DNA of 64,000 bases from Rhizodiscina lignyota (taxonomy: Eukaryota). The notes beneath the pieces were generated by a model. The model worked only from the letters and a program-made list of their open reading frames with translations. It was not told where the DNA came from and ran no database searches. The stretch is taken from assembly GCA_010015805.1 (NCBI GenBank), contig ML978135.1, positions 1-64,000 on the forward strand, in the 5' to 3' direction. The position numbers were made by a program, and so were the translations under genes. Positions 11,920 through 22,647 of this stretch are shown here, piece after piece; positions within the stretch are counted from its first letter, which is position 1; each line of letters starts with the position of its first letter.

Positions 11920-12981
11920 ATGGCGGAGACGAAATATTTCTCTTATGACCTCACACTAAGTCCTCAATCCAAACCTCCTTCATCAGTATTTCCAGCAAAA
12001 GCTGCATATCGTACCTTTGGCTCCCCTTCCAATCCCGCAATTCTTCTCCCATCATGCTACGGGGGCAAGCTGGAGAGCACCTTGCCATTTCTATATCGTT
12101 CTGATGCCCCCAATGTCGCCAGCAATTCAGTAGTGCTGCCCCCAGAGCGGTACTTCATCATTGTAGTAGGCCTCCTGGGTGGCTCGGAGTCTTCATCGCC
12201 TTCGAATACAGCCGCGCCGTTCAATGGTCCAAACTTCCCGCACACAACGTACGAAGACAACATGAGGCTACAGCGCGCACTGTGCGAACACCTCGGCGTA
12301 TCGAAGCTCTTCGGGTACATCGGTTTCAGCATGGGCGGTCAGCAAGCTTACCACATGGCATCGTTGTTCCCAGACTTCGTCGACAACTCCATCTGCATCG
12401 CTGGCTCGGCCCGCACAAGCTGGCATAATTGGTCATTCCTCGAGGGTCCGAAAGCCGCCCTCGTCAACAGCGTCGACTTCCAGGACGGAAATTATTCAAC
12501 TAAGGTCGTCCGTGGCACTGGGGCATTCGGCCGAGTGTACTCCACATGGGCGCTATCGCAGCAGTGGTTCCGCGAGAAGAGCTGGGAGAAGATTGGCTTC
12601 GCTACGCTTCAAGATTATCTTCGCGAAAACTGGGAGAAGAGGATGGGCGATTGGGACGCGCATGACTTGCTCTGCTTGCTGCGGACATGGCAGATGGGCG
12701 ACATAACCATCTATCATGCCGAGGACAATGGAGATTTGGCGAAAGCGCTGGCCAGGATCAAGGCTCGGATGTTGGTTATGCCCAGTCGTACTGACACGTA
12801 CTTCCCTCCGGAAGACAGCATGCAAGAGGTGAAGCATCTAAAGGCGGGGAAACTAAGCGTTATTGAGAGTATTTGGGGTCACATCGCTGGAGGTGGTGGA
12901 GGGACGAAGGAGGATTGCAAGTTTATCGAAAATCAAGTCAAGGAGTTCCTGGAAGATCCAGGAGAAATTCCGCGGCTATGA
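11920..12981 (+). CDS. Homoserine O-acetyltransferase-like alpha/beta hydrolase (MetX/MekB-like), intronless
   Basis: Nucleophile elbow GFSMGGQQAY, SSSPSNT, Asp in TDTYF, His in SIWGHIAG. First ATG at 11920. Confidence 0.85.
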   Translation: MAETKYFSYDLTLSPQSKPPSSVFPAKAAYRTFGSPSNPAILLPSCYGGKLESTLPFLYRSDAPNVASNSVVLPPERYFIIVVGLLGGSESSSPSNTAAPFNGPNFPHTTYEDNMRLQRALCEHLGVSKLFGYIGFSMGGQQAYHMASLFPDFVDNSICIAGSARTSWHNWSFLEGPKAALVNSVDFQDGNYSTKVVRGTGAFGRVYSTWALSQQWFREKSWEKIGFATLQDYLRENWEKRMGDWDAHDLLCLLRTWQMGDITIYHAEDNGDLAKALARIKARMLVMPSRTDTYFPPEDSMQEVKHLKAGKLSVIESIWGHIAGGGGGTKEDCKFIENQVKEFLEDPGEIPRL

Positions 12982-13112
12982 AAACCGACAACTTTTTGAG
13001 AGGTATCTATTCAGCGCCAGCATTAATATGTTATAGTTCGGTCAAGAGCTGAATCCGAAAATATGGATCGTTTGCTCACGAGCATTTCTTCCCGATGACC
13101 ATCCGAGGATGC

Positions 13113-15474
13113 TCAAAGGGCGTGACCTTCTTTCTGCTCCTCTACTGCTACAGCCTCTTCCGCTTTCTGGGGCTCCCCTCTCGGCAATATCCTCCAATTG
13201 AATATTAGTGCAATGAAACTAACAAGGACAGAACCGGCAGCGAGAGCGACGGCGAGGAGAAACGCGTCTTTCAGGCCAGACATATACGCGCGAATAACAC
13301 CGGGCAGCTGGCTGGCGCTGAACGTGCTGCGCAGTTGTGTTGCTCCCGTCGCTACTATCTGATGGGGGTCTGTTCCAGGCACGAACCGCGGTGCCGTCTG
13401 GAGCAGCCGATTGGCGAACACGCTCTGACCAACGGACACCCAGATGGCACCCGCAAGAGTCTGGAAGAAAATCAAAATCGCCGTCACAGACGGGATATCG
13501 ACGGTTTCGCTGATTCCCTGTCCAACAATCACTGGAATCTGGATAGTGAGCCCAAACCCAATACCTGCAAGAGCCTGGTAGCCGATCCAGTGAGACGACG
13601 GAGCACCTATGTCGAGAGTATAGATCAACCCGCACGCGATCGTCGCGAATGAAGTGCCGATGAGCATGATTTCGATATAGTGACCGGTAAGGGTAATGAT
13701 GACACCTGAAGCCACGGTGAAAATTGCCTGTGGAAGATATCAGCGCCACCGACTCAAAATACGGCTAGGGTCGTTATGTTTTACTGACACATCCCAAAAC
13801 GTATGATAGATTCCGAACGCCGGAGTTCGCTGCTGACACGCCTGAAACGACCTGGAAATATATCGGGAGATAGTATAGCAACTCCAGAAAGACGCCGAAG
13901 TTGACCATTTGGAACATACTCAAAATATAGATTGTCCGTTGCTTCACCAGCCGTGGGACAATAAGGGCACGTTCGCCTTGCCAGGTTTCAATGCCGATGA
14001 ATAGGATAAGGATTAATACGAAGCCGACAAGAACGCCGATCACATCAGAGTTGCCCCAAGACTTCGTCACTCCTCCCCATTGCAGGGCCAAGATGAGGCA
14101 GACAAACGCAGCCATGAGGACGAAAGTACCAAGGAGATCCTGAAGCGCGCGGAGAACGTCAGTGTATCTCACGATAATAAAATGGGTTCGAGGCCACTCA
14201 CCATCTGGAGCAGTTTCTCCTTAAGCGGTGCGGGTACCGGTTTGGCTTTCTTAGGAGCGGCGAAGAAGAGCACGACGAGTGCAGCCGATGCGCCTCCAAT
14301 CGGGAGATTGACGTAGAAGCTGTATAGAAATAGGTCAGATCATGAAATCATGTCGACAATTAATCGTCCGATAGAGGAGGACTTACCACCATCGCCAGCT
14401 CACTTTATCGGTGAAGACACCTAGTACTCGGTTAGTATATACTTGGATGGTTCAGACGCAAGCCGTACCTCCAAGCAAAGGTCCGATAACAGACGCGACA
14501 CCATAGGTGGCGCCAAGGACTCCAGTGTATGCGGGGACTTGAGCTGGTGGTGCACTGAGCCCGATCATCGTATATCTTCGGAGACATTAGTTCGCTATTC
14601 TATCATACTGAATTGGCCAGGAAAGATGCTTACGCTCCAGAAGCGATCCCTGCTCCACCGGCGCCTGCAATCGCTCGGCCCTTTCAAGTTCCTGTCAGCA
14701 TCTTATTTCATTCTCACCCGAACGGTCGGCAAACACGGCACCATTTGCGGGGAACATTAATGTGGAAAATAAAGTGTACTTACGACAATGAGAGTTGTGC
14801 TGTCCTGCGCAACAGCGCAGATGAGCGAGCCGATTTCGAACCAGAAGATTGAGATTAGGAAGGTAGTCTTGAGAGGAAAGTATTTGTAGGCCTTCCCCCA
14901 AGTCGCTTGGAATGAAGCCATGGTTAAAAAGAATGCAGAGCCGTACCAGCCGACCTGGTCTAAGCTGTGAAATTCGTCCGTGATTTTGGGGATGGCAGTC
15001 GCTATAATGGTCTATTCGCAAGACAACACGAGTCAGTATGTAGTGTGACATTACAGAAAGCTGACTCAACCGTACCATGTCCAGTGCCACGAGAAAAATA
15101 GAGAGCGCGACAGCGATCAAGATGATAATGAGTTTTCCAGTCGTAGGATATTCGGAGCTGACGATTTGTTCGAGCGGTGCGCCGGTTTTTTCCACCTCAT
15201 CTGCTTTAAGTTCACCCTTTTCTCCGGTTCCAGTGGCCCGGTCCTTGGGTTCTTGCTTCTCTCTATCGATGGTGTATATGGACGATGCATTAGTCGTTGA
15301 AAGCTCATCAGGTCCGTGGCCGGTGGGAACTGCGAGACGATGTGCTCCCATCTCTTTCTCCTCTGCACTCGAGGGGGAGAGCTCCTTCCCTCCCATCTCT
15401 TTATCGTCTACTTTGTCTGCCATCAAGGCCGATTCCCGCGGTGACACCTCTGGTGATATCTCCTTTTCTGACAT
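13113..15474 (-). CDS. MFS drug:H+ antiporter (DHA2, 14-TMS, AflT/GliA-like exporter), about 7 introns
   Basis: Spliced motifs [86 protein letters not shown]. Confidence 0.92.
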
Positions 15475-17585
15475 CCTGTTTCCTGACCGGAGTGAGGTTG
15501 TCGTTCTCAGTTGAATCCAGTCTAATAATTAGACGGAGCAATTGAATTGAAGAGTCGAGAGAAGATCTGTAGGTACAAAGCAGATAGATGTCCGAAACAC
15601 GACTCGCGACTTGGTGAATCGCAAGCTCCACTATCGCCGAGTGCTCTTCGAGGGAGTGTCAGGCTATTAGTATTCGGGAAAATGTACCAAACATGAGTCG
15701 GTCCTCCTGATCTTGGCCTAGGCGAGAAGGAAAGCCCACTCTGTTTCAGCCATAGAGCACATCATATATTCCCGGGTTCATTTAGCGGGAGCGCCAGAGC
15801 ACCGCTGCCCTACTACATTCTGCAAGGCCCCGGTACGAAAGACTGAAGACTGACCCATATAAGCGGTCAATGTACGAGCGGCCTGCGGCGCCTGAGAAGA
15901 TAGTCACCCAATCATCTCTCTCGGATATTGGATCATCAGACCGGTGTGCGGTGGAAGGTTTGCGCGCCTGTGCACTTCACATGCAGTAAGGGTACCCATC
16001 CACTGGTCAGCACTCTAAAAGCGAGGCGTAACTTAATCCTGAAAATGATGTTGTACGTCCACTTTTTTGCACCAGGCTTACTTTGGTTCTTACTGCCTTA
16101 TCAGCTAGTCCTAAAAGATGTAAAGAAACATGCCCCTGAGGTAACAGCCCCATTACGATTGAAGTAGGCAGTTCTTACGGTCACATAGAGCATCCTGGAC
16201 TAGTCATCGAGAATCTCCCGACCAGAATGTTGCCGAGGATGTTGCCGAAATTGAGGTTGATTCGCAGAGTTGGTTGGCGATCAAAAGCTGGTCGTCTGGA
16301 GTTCTATGTAGTGAGGTCGGAACAAGATTCGGCGCAACGTCGAAGCCGCGACTGACACTTGATGCATTCCGACGCTAGTCCTCTTTCTTTCTTTCCGTAA
16401 CTTTCGGCATGGCATTATGACTTTCAAGGATTTGGAATACTCAATCACCATTGGCTCCTTCAGTACAGTTCGGAAACATCACACCTATCTCGGAATAAGG
16501 CCCCTGTCCTTGTCTCGTACCCGATACTCTTTGATCCCCACATGCATTTGAAAGGTCGGTATGCCGTTTTTCGTCCGGTGTCATATCTTATGTAAATCCT
16601 TACACATGTAGAAACAATTAACTTCCCTATGTATGGGTCTATGCATAGTGATCGCAAAACGTGACCTTATCTTTAGCGAGAAGCCGGAGGATTGGCCATA
16701 GGTACACCCTCCATCCCTATTTCGGCTATACTCACAACCGAACATCATTCACCTCTCAAAAGCAAAATGTCTCCGTGCGAACGGAAGGATGATAATGCTC
16801 CAGCTTTTGATCCTATGGTTCAACATTTGCGAGCCAAGAATTACTACCTTGCGAAAGCTGAACTGTTCTCGGGCTCGCCTCTAGCGCTTACCCTGTGTAG
16901 ATCAACAGGACACATTGCAAAGTCAGCACGAGGACCATTCTCATTCGAGAGTTCCAAGACTCCCCATTCACAATTCAGAATCAATTCTACGGAATTGACA
17001 AAAGTTCCCGAGGTGTGCAATTGCGTTTTGACCGCCTCGAGTCGTAGCGCGCTTCGGAATTCCATACTCGGCAACCAAAAATACGAGGCTGATAGAGTTG
17101 GGTGTCGGCACTGGTCCTGTTCAGCTTCGAGCTTCTCCGAAGTACGCACGAGCATTGTGGCTCAGTGAACTGCCGACGATGCTTTCAGGGCAATGCTATT
17201 TGGATATTCTTACAGGCACATATCCATAGAAAGCATACTCCGAAAGACTTCGTCCGAACTATGTCAAATCAGTCTTGCAGTTGTTACGATTCCACGGGTC
17301 TAAATGCATGAGGCATGAGGCTTGGAGATTGTGAAGAATCATAGCTTTTGCATTACCCTCTACGACCAAGGCTGCGAGCAGACTATCTAGAGTCCAAACT
17401 CCCAACGAAAGCAAAACGCATGCGGCCGCAAACAAAAGTCCACACATATTCCAGGCTGGCGAGAATCCAGAATGGCCTGTTCCATCCAATGAATGCACTG
17501 GTATCATCTGCACCATTCGCGAATTCTTACTCTTTGTAGGAGGTGCTTGGGTCTACAGACACGCGTTGAATGTATCCGGACCCAT

Positions 17586-18852
17586 TTACGGTAACTTATC
17601 GACGTTACCATTGTAGCCGTTCGTAACCTCGTGCGAGGCATTTTGCTGTTCGGCAAACTCTTTCGGGTCATTGACGGTATAGATCCATCCAAAGGTATCC
17701 TTGATCTTCGCCTGCTGGATTCCCTTGAGCGTAGCCAGAAGCTTGGACACAACTGGGCCAAGCTCTTCGGAGTCATTCTGGTAGACGAACTTGTCGCCTC
17801 TTGACTCCATCGTGATCGAGCGGATGGGAACGAGAGCAGCCGCGGTGCCGCCAGCTATGATCTCGTCGAAAGTGGGCAGCTCCTCGTACTTGATCTGGCG
17901 GACCTCAACCTTCCAACCGAACGACCTAGCCATATCCAGGCAGCTCTGGCCCGTAACGCTATCGACGATGTTCTTGCTCTCTGGATAGACAAGTGTCGTG
18001 TTGCTGTCGCCATTTCCACGCACAGCAATGAACGCAGAGGTGGAGAACTCGTCAATCTCACTCCTCGTCTTGCTGTCAAGGTGAAGTGTGATGCCATAGC
18101 CGTCATTCCTTGCTTTTTCACTCCACCTCAGTACCGGACCGTAGTTGCCTCCAATCTTTGCACTGCCAGTGCCAAATGGCGCTGTCCTGTCGAACTCTTC
18201 CAAAATCAGTGCCGGCACGGGGTGAGTGCCGTGATACACGCCCGTTGGCATCACAAAGACGACGAAGGTATATTCCTCTGGCGGATTCAAGCCCAATTGC
18301 GCAGAAGATCCGAACAGGAGTGGGCGGATGTACATAGCAGCTCCGGTGCTATGCGGGGGAACATGTTCCGCGTTCATCGCTACGGCGAGGTCGACGGACT
18401 TGATGAACAGCTCGGTGGGGACAGGAGGAATCGAGACGTAGGATGCAGAGTGTTGCATGCGCTCGGCATTCTTGTTAGGGCGGAAGATGTTGATGTGCTT
18501 GTCGTCAGGGCTGCGATATGCCTTCATGCCCTCGTAGCATTGCACCCCATAATTGAGGCCTGGTGCCATGCCATGGATCTTCAAGTATGGATCCACGACC
18601 CATTTTGGCTCGGTCCACTTGCCCACCTTCTTGCTGAAGTGACATTCGATATGGCCATTGACTGGTGTTCATGTTAGCACTAGCTATCCAAACACCCAAA
18701 GGCAGAAAGCAACGGACCTTCTCGCACTTTGAAGCCAACGTTGTTCCTGAATTGCAAGAAATGAGTCAGCGCACATCTCGCCCTGCTTGTCAAAATTCGG
18801 CATACCAATCGATCGTATTAAGCGGCGCGGGAGGAAACGCTGGAGGCGACAT
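17586..18852 (-). CDS. Class IV PLP aminotransferase, branched-chain amino acid type (TOXF-like); introns 18747-18805 and 18662-18717
   Basis: Spliced N-terminus MSPPAFPPAPLNTIDW|NNVGFKVRE|VNGHIE; LNYGVQCYEGMKAYR, FRP..NA.R, YIRP, AKIGGNY (PLP lysine), GTAA. Confidence 0.92.
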
Positions 18853-19227
18853 GTTTGGAGCGTGCGTTATGCAAAGAAAGTGAGGAGAGCAGCAATTGAG
18901 GCCTTTTTAATGTCCGGATGGGACGGAAAGCGAGATTCGAAAGCACAAAGTTGTTTGGGCTCGGCTTTCAAAACATTTGGAGTCGCATGCACAATGATCC
19001 TGCGGCCGCCGAGGATTACCTACGTAAGAGCGAGATCGGCGGGCAAACATTTACTGCAAGGCACAGGCCAAAGGTTCACCTCCCCGCATCACGTGATAGC
19101 GCATTGAAATGTGGCTTGATATTTATCAGGCCGTTGAAGCTTCCTCGTTTAACCCGCACTCTTATCACTTATTAGCCATGTCGTGACATTTCCTTCCAGC
19201 TAACCACATTCCCCATCTTCGATCAGC

Positions 19228-19830
19228 ATGGCTGGAACTGGAGCAACAAGGCGTTTTCTTTTGTTAGGCATCCTCGCGGCGTTCCTCGTCGTATTCCTCT
19301 ACATCGGCTCGTTCAGGGACGACGCGACGCGCGGTCACCTGTCTAGCAAGCTCGCTTCTATCGACACCTCCGATGAAATATTACATGGAAGTGCGATAGC
19401 TCCAAAGCTAGGCAACGAAACTTTAAAAGCAGAGCTTGGCCGTGCCGCCTGGAAAGTCTTCCACACCACCCTCGCTCGATTCCCCGACAAGCCGAAGAAA
19501 GACGAGTCCGAGGCTCTACGATCCTACATCCACCTCTTCCAACGATTATATCCCTGTGGCGATTGTGCCACCCATTTCGGCGAGCTGCTGAAGAAGTTTC
19601 CACCACAAGTGTCGTCACGGTCGGCGGCCGCTGTGTGGGGATGCCACGTCCATAACCAAGTCAACGAGCGGCTAAAAAAGCCCACGTTTGACTGTTCAAA
19701 GATTGGAGACTTCTACGACTGTGGCTGTGCGGACGACGAGAAGGATGAAAAGAAGATAGAGGGTAAGTCAATGGAGTTCGATACGAGCGAGGGTTTTGAG
19801 AAACCAGAGACGGATCCCGTTAGGAAATAA
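19228..19830 (+). CDS. ERV2: FAD-linked sulfhydryl oxidase Erv2 (ER type)
   Basis: N-terminal signal anchor, AELGRAAWK, LYPCGDCA (CxxC), WGCHVHNQVNERL, distal YDCGC motif. Confidence 0.92.
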   Translation: MAGTGATRRFLLLGILAAFLVVFLYIGSFRDDATRGHLSSKLASIDTSDEILHGSAIAPKLGNETLKAELGRAAWKVFHTTLARFPDKPKKDESEALRSYIHLFQRLYPCGDCATHFGELLKKFPPQVSSRSAAAVWGCHVHNQVNERLKKPTFDCSKIGDFYDCGCADDEKDEKKIEGKSMEFDTSEGFEKPETDPVRK

Positions 19831-20211
19831 ATTTTGACAAGCGCAGGGAGAGACACAAGGGAAGACCTATTTCCAATGGAACAAGAGGTTCCGGAGCCAA
19901 AGGGGAGGTAATGAGGTACGTTTGAAGCATTTAAACTGTGGTGGAGGACTAGCTAACGTTGTCTGAAGCCACGATGACAATAAGACATAGATTCACTCTT
20001 CTGTATGATATTAGATCCCCTGTATAAGTACAGAGATACCCCACGACTTCACTTTAAGGATTTGGTCCAGCCTCAGAAGCGGCATCAATCAAATTACATC
20101 ATAGATGCTTACTGTGCCGACTAAATACTATCAACCCACCGCTTGTATAGCTACAGCGATCGCTACAACTCTAAGTATTGGCGTTGTCAATTCCAACAAG
20201 TCTATCAGGCA

Positions 20212-22030
20212 TTACTTTCCTGTATACTTCTTCTCCAGCCAACGAAAAACGGGAAACGCGAGTGCGGAAAAGGCAAAAGTCAACTCGTGCCCAATATTCG
20301 CACCTTTTGCACCAATCAAGCTAGCGATCGGAGCAGTGTACCAGGCAACCTTCATTCCCAACGCTGCGCCGATAAATCCGAAACAGAATGCGCCTATCGC
20401 TCCCCAGCCGAACGGCAGCAGTTTCGGGTTGTCCCAAGAGTCCAGGTCGTACCGGCTCCATCGTCTCGCTCGGAAAATCAAGTGCTCCTCAGCTACGACG
20501 ACAATGTGGATTATTGTCCAGTAGCCAATGACACTCAGGAACGTTTGCAGCGTGTCGTGGAAATACCGAGCAGCGAAGCAACCGACGATTATAGCTACAA
20601 CGAAGCCGAAGGTCACAAGCACAACCCGAGGTATCTTGAGCGCCCACGGGCCGAAGTTCTGTGCGTGCAACGCGAAGGAGTAGTTGTTCGGGATATTGTT
20701 CGGGATCGAGCTTAGAGCAGCCAGGACCAGGAGGAATTTTCCAAACCCGCCTGCTGGTTCTAACGCCATCTTCAGTGGTCCACCTACACCTGCCTCTTGG
20801 TATGCCAGCTTCCAACTTGGATTGACGAAGGTTCCGCTGTATATGGCTGCTCCCAGAGTTTGCACCAGGACGGTGGGCACGAGAATGCCAACGTATGTCG
20901 CAAAGAAGATTCTGCTTCTGGGTGTATCCACTGGCATTCTGACGTTATAATCCGCGGCGCAGTTGACCCAAGATGTCGAGAAACTGAGGATTATTGCGAT
21001 GAACGACAGCGCAGAGGCAGCACCATTAGCACCAGTCGGCGACTTGATCGCCGTTCCACTGAATTTCGAGGCGCCCGTTCCCGCTGCAACACACCAGACG
21101 ATGAATGGCGGAACCCAAAGGAACGCGTCAAGTCGATGAATCCACGTTATTCCAAGGGCACAGATGATCCAGACAGTAGTGCAGATTATGATGACCCCTG
21201 CCCACTGAGGGCAACGTCCGTCTGAAAGGGCGTACAACACCGAAGCTCCACTTATCGAGTTGATTGCGTTCCAACCTGTAGTGGACACCATTGAGAAGAT
21301 GACAACCAGGATGTTTCCCCAGTATCCAAATGAGAAGCGTCTGGAACGATCAGTATCCAGTCTTGTGCTACGAATGAGCTACTTCCCAGCGAGCGAACGA
21401 GACCTGCAACGGCATCCCTTTCCTTTGACAATGAAATAACCTTCTGAGTAAGGCTGCGTAGGCTACTCCCTGACAACCTCGAACGCAACTTCATCGATGT
21501 GAGGAAGCTTCTTGGAAGTACCGGGAGCAACTTTAACAGGGTAGCTCAGCAGACCGTTCGCTCGCCGAAACTAGCTCCATCGTAGAAACGGTTATCGACT
21601 TACGAGAACGTCGTCATCCTCAAACCCGTCAGGCCGAATGAAGCAGTCCAAGCTGGTATCAAGCAGCTCGCGACATTCACGACGAGGATTATTGCGAAAC
21701 AATCCCAGAATGCCAGACCCATCGTGCCGCCTACCATGCCTGTGCTCAGCGTAGCCACGGCCATGTTTGCGCTCAGCCTGTCTCTGATCAGCTATTGGGT
21801 GAAATGGGGTTGCACTGCGAAGCTGACCAGAAAGTGCAAGCGTTCCACCATTTAGTAGTATTGTGCCGCCTGTCATCTTCGGTGACGCGCTGAATACCAC
21901 CCTTCTCAAAGGCAATCGTTCGTGCCCAGCGACCCATGAACGATGAGCCTTTGTCATTGATGATCGATCCTTCCTCGGTCACACTTAAATTACTCGTGTC
22001 TTGCTTCACCACAGGTGTCTTCTCGTCCAT
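20212..22030 (-). CDS. NCS1-family purine-cytosine permease (Fcy2/Tpn1-like); introns 21778-21827 and 21341-21603
   Basis: EKGGIQRV, FW|LSAN, G.RMTTFS|RFSFGYWG, GWNAIN, SWVNCAADY, NNIPNNYS, FLSVIGYW, EHLIFR; many hydrophobic segments. Both introns restore the frame. Confidence 0.9.
21368..21585 (-). repeat. Long imperfect inverted repeat inside intron 2 of the NCS1 permease (arms 21368-21407 and 21549-21585)
   Basis: Transcript 5' arm CTACGATGGAGCTAGTTTCGGCGAGCGAACGGTCTGC aligns to the reverse complement of the 3' arm CTACGAATGAGCTACTTCCCAGCGAGCGAACGAGACCTGC. Confidence 0.85.
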
Positions 22031-22647
22031 TTTGGTAGCCACTGATCGTGTGAATTGATCTTGCATAATTTGCAGGTTTGAATAATGGACTGTTGAATGG
22101 CTGGAATTTCACTTTGAGAGAGGACTTTCATCCAAATGGGATAGAATGAACATGAAAAATGCAAATTCGCCTTTCGCAAAGCATATATCTGCACAATGCC
22201 TTGCATTCGTACATCATTGCGTCTTTCGAGCTTTAATTTATGGGAGAGGTCGTGGCCAAACCGACATCTTCTCCCATATCGTCCAGGGCTGCTATCGCCG
22301 TCGGCAAGCCACAGGCAAATCGTCGATCACCGCGGCATGCCGGCGGGTAGATAGAACCTCGCCGGCTGGACACGGACGTCGTCTTCTTCACTCTTTACGG
22401 AATACGCAGCACTACCGGTAAGAACTAAGACCAGGCAATGCATATATAAGCTTAAACAGGCTGCAGGTAAGTATATGCGTATAAGACGGAAAGCTATCTC
22501 TACAGCTCCAACTTCTTGTCATCGACACGCAGATTTTCCAATCGACTTTCGATCCAAGCTGCACACGTCTCTTTTGCAACAACTTTACTTGTTTCTATAA
22601 AGTCAATCGCATTTCGCTTCTTTCAGCCGATTTCCCTTTCTTCGACA

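Noticed and set aside
16692..17539. ORFs between the MFS exporter and the aminotransferase
   Set aside because: No recognisable family, several lack an ATG start, and I could not build a consistent splice model.
21341..21603. Calling the structured intron a TPP riboswitch, hammerhead ribozyme or snoRNA
   Set aside because: Only fragments resemble the cores (GCUGAG..UACCC; CUGCUGA; an ACA after the stem). The TPP UGAU..GGAUAAU..CCAGCG segment, the hammerhead GAAA and a two-hairpin H/ACA layout are missing.
22467..22505. Possible 5'-UTR intron of the ASST-like gene (GTAAGT..TACAG)
   Set aside because: Only 39 nt, no clear branch site, and very close to the TATA-like box.
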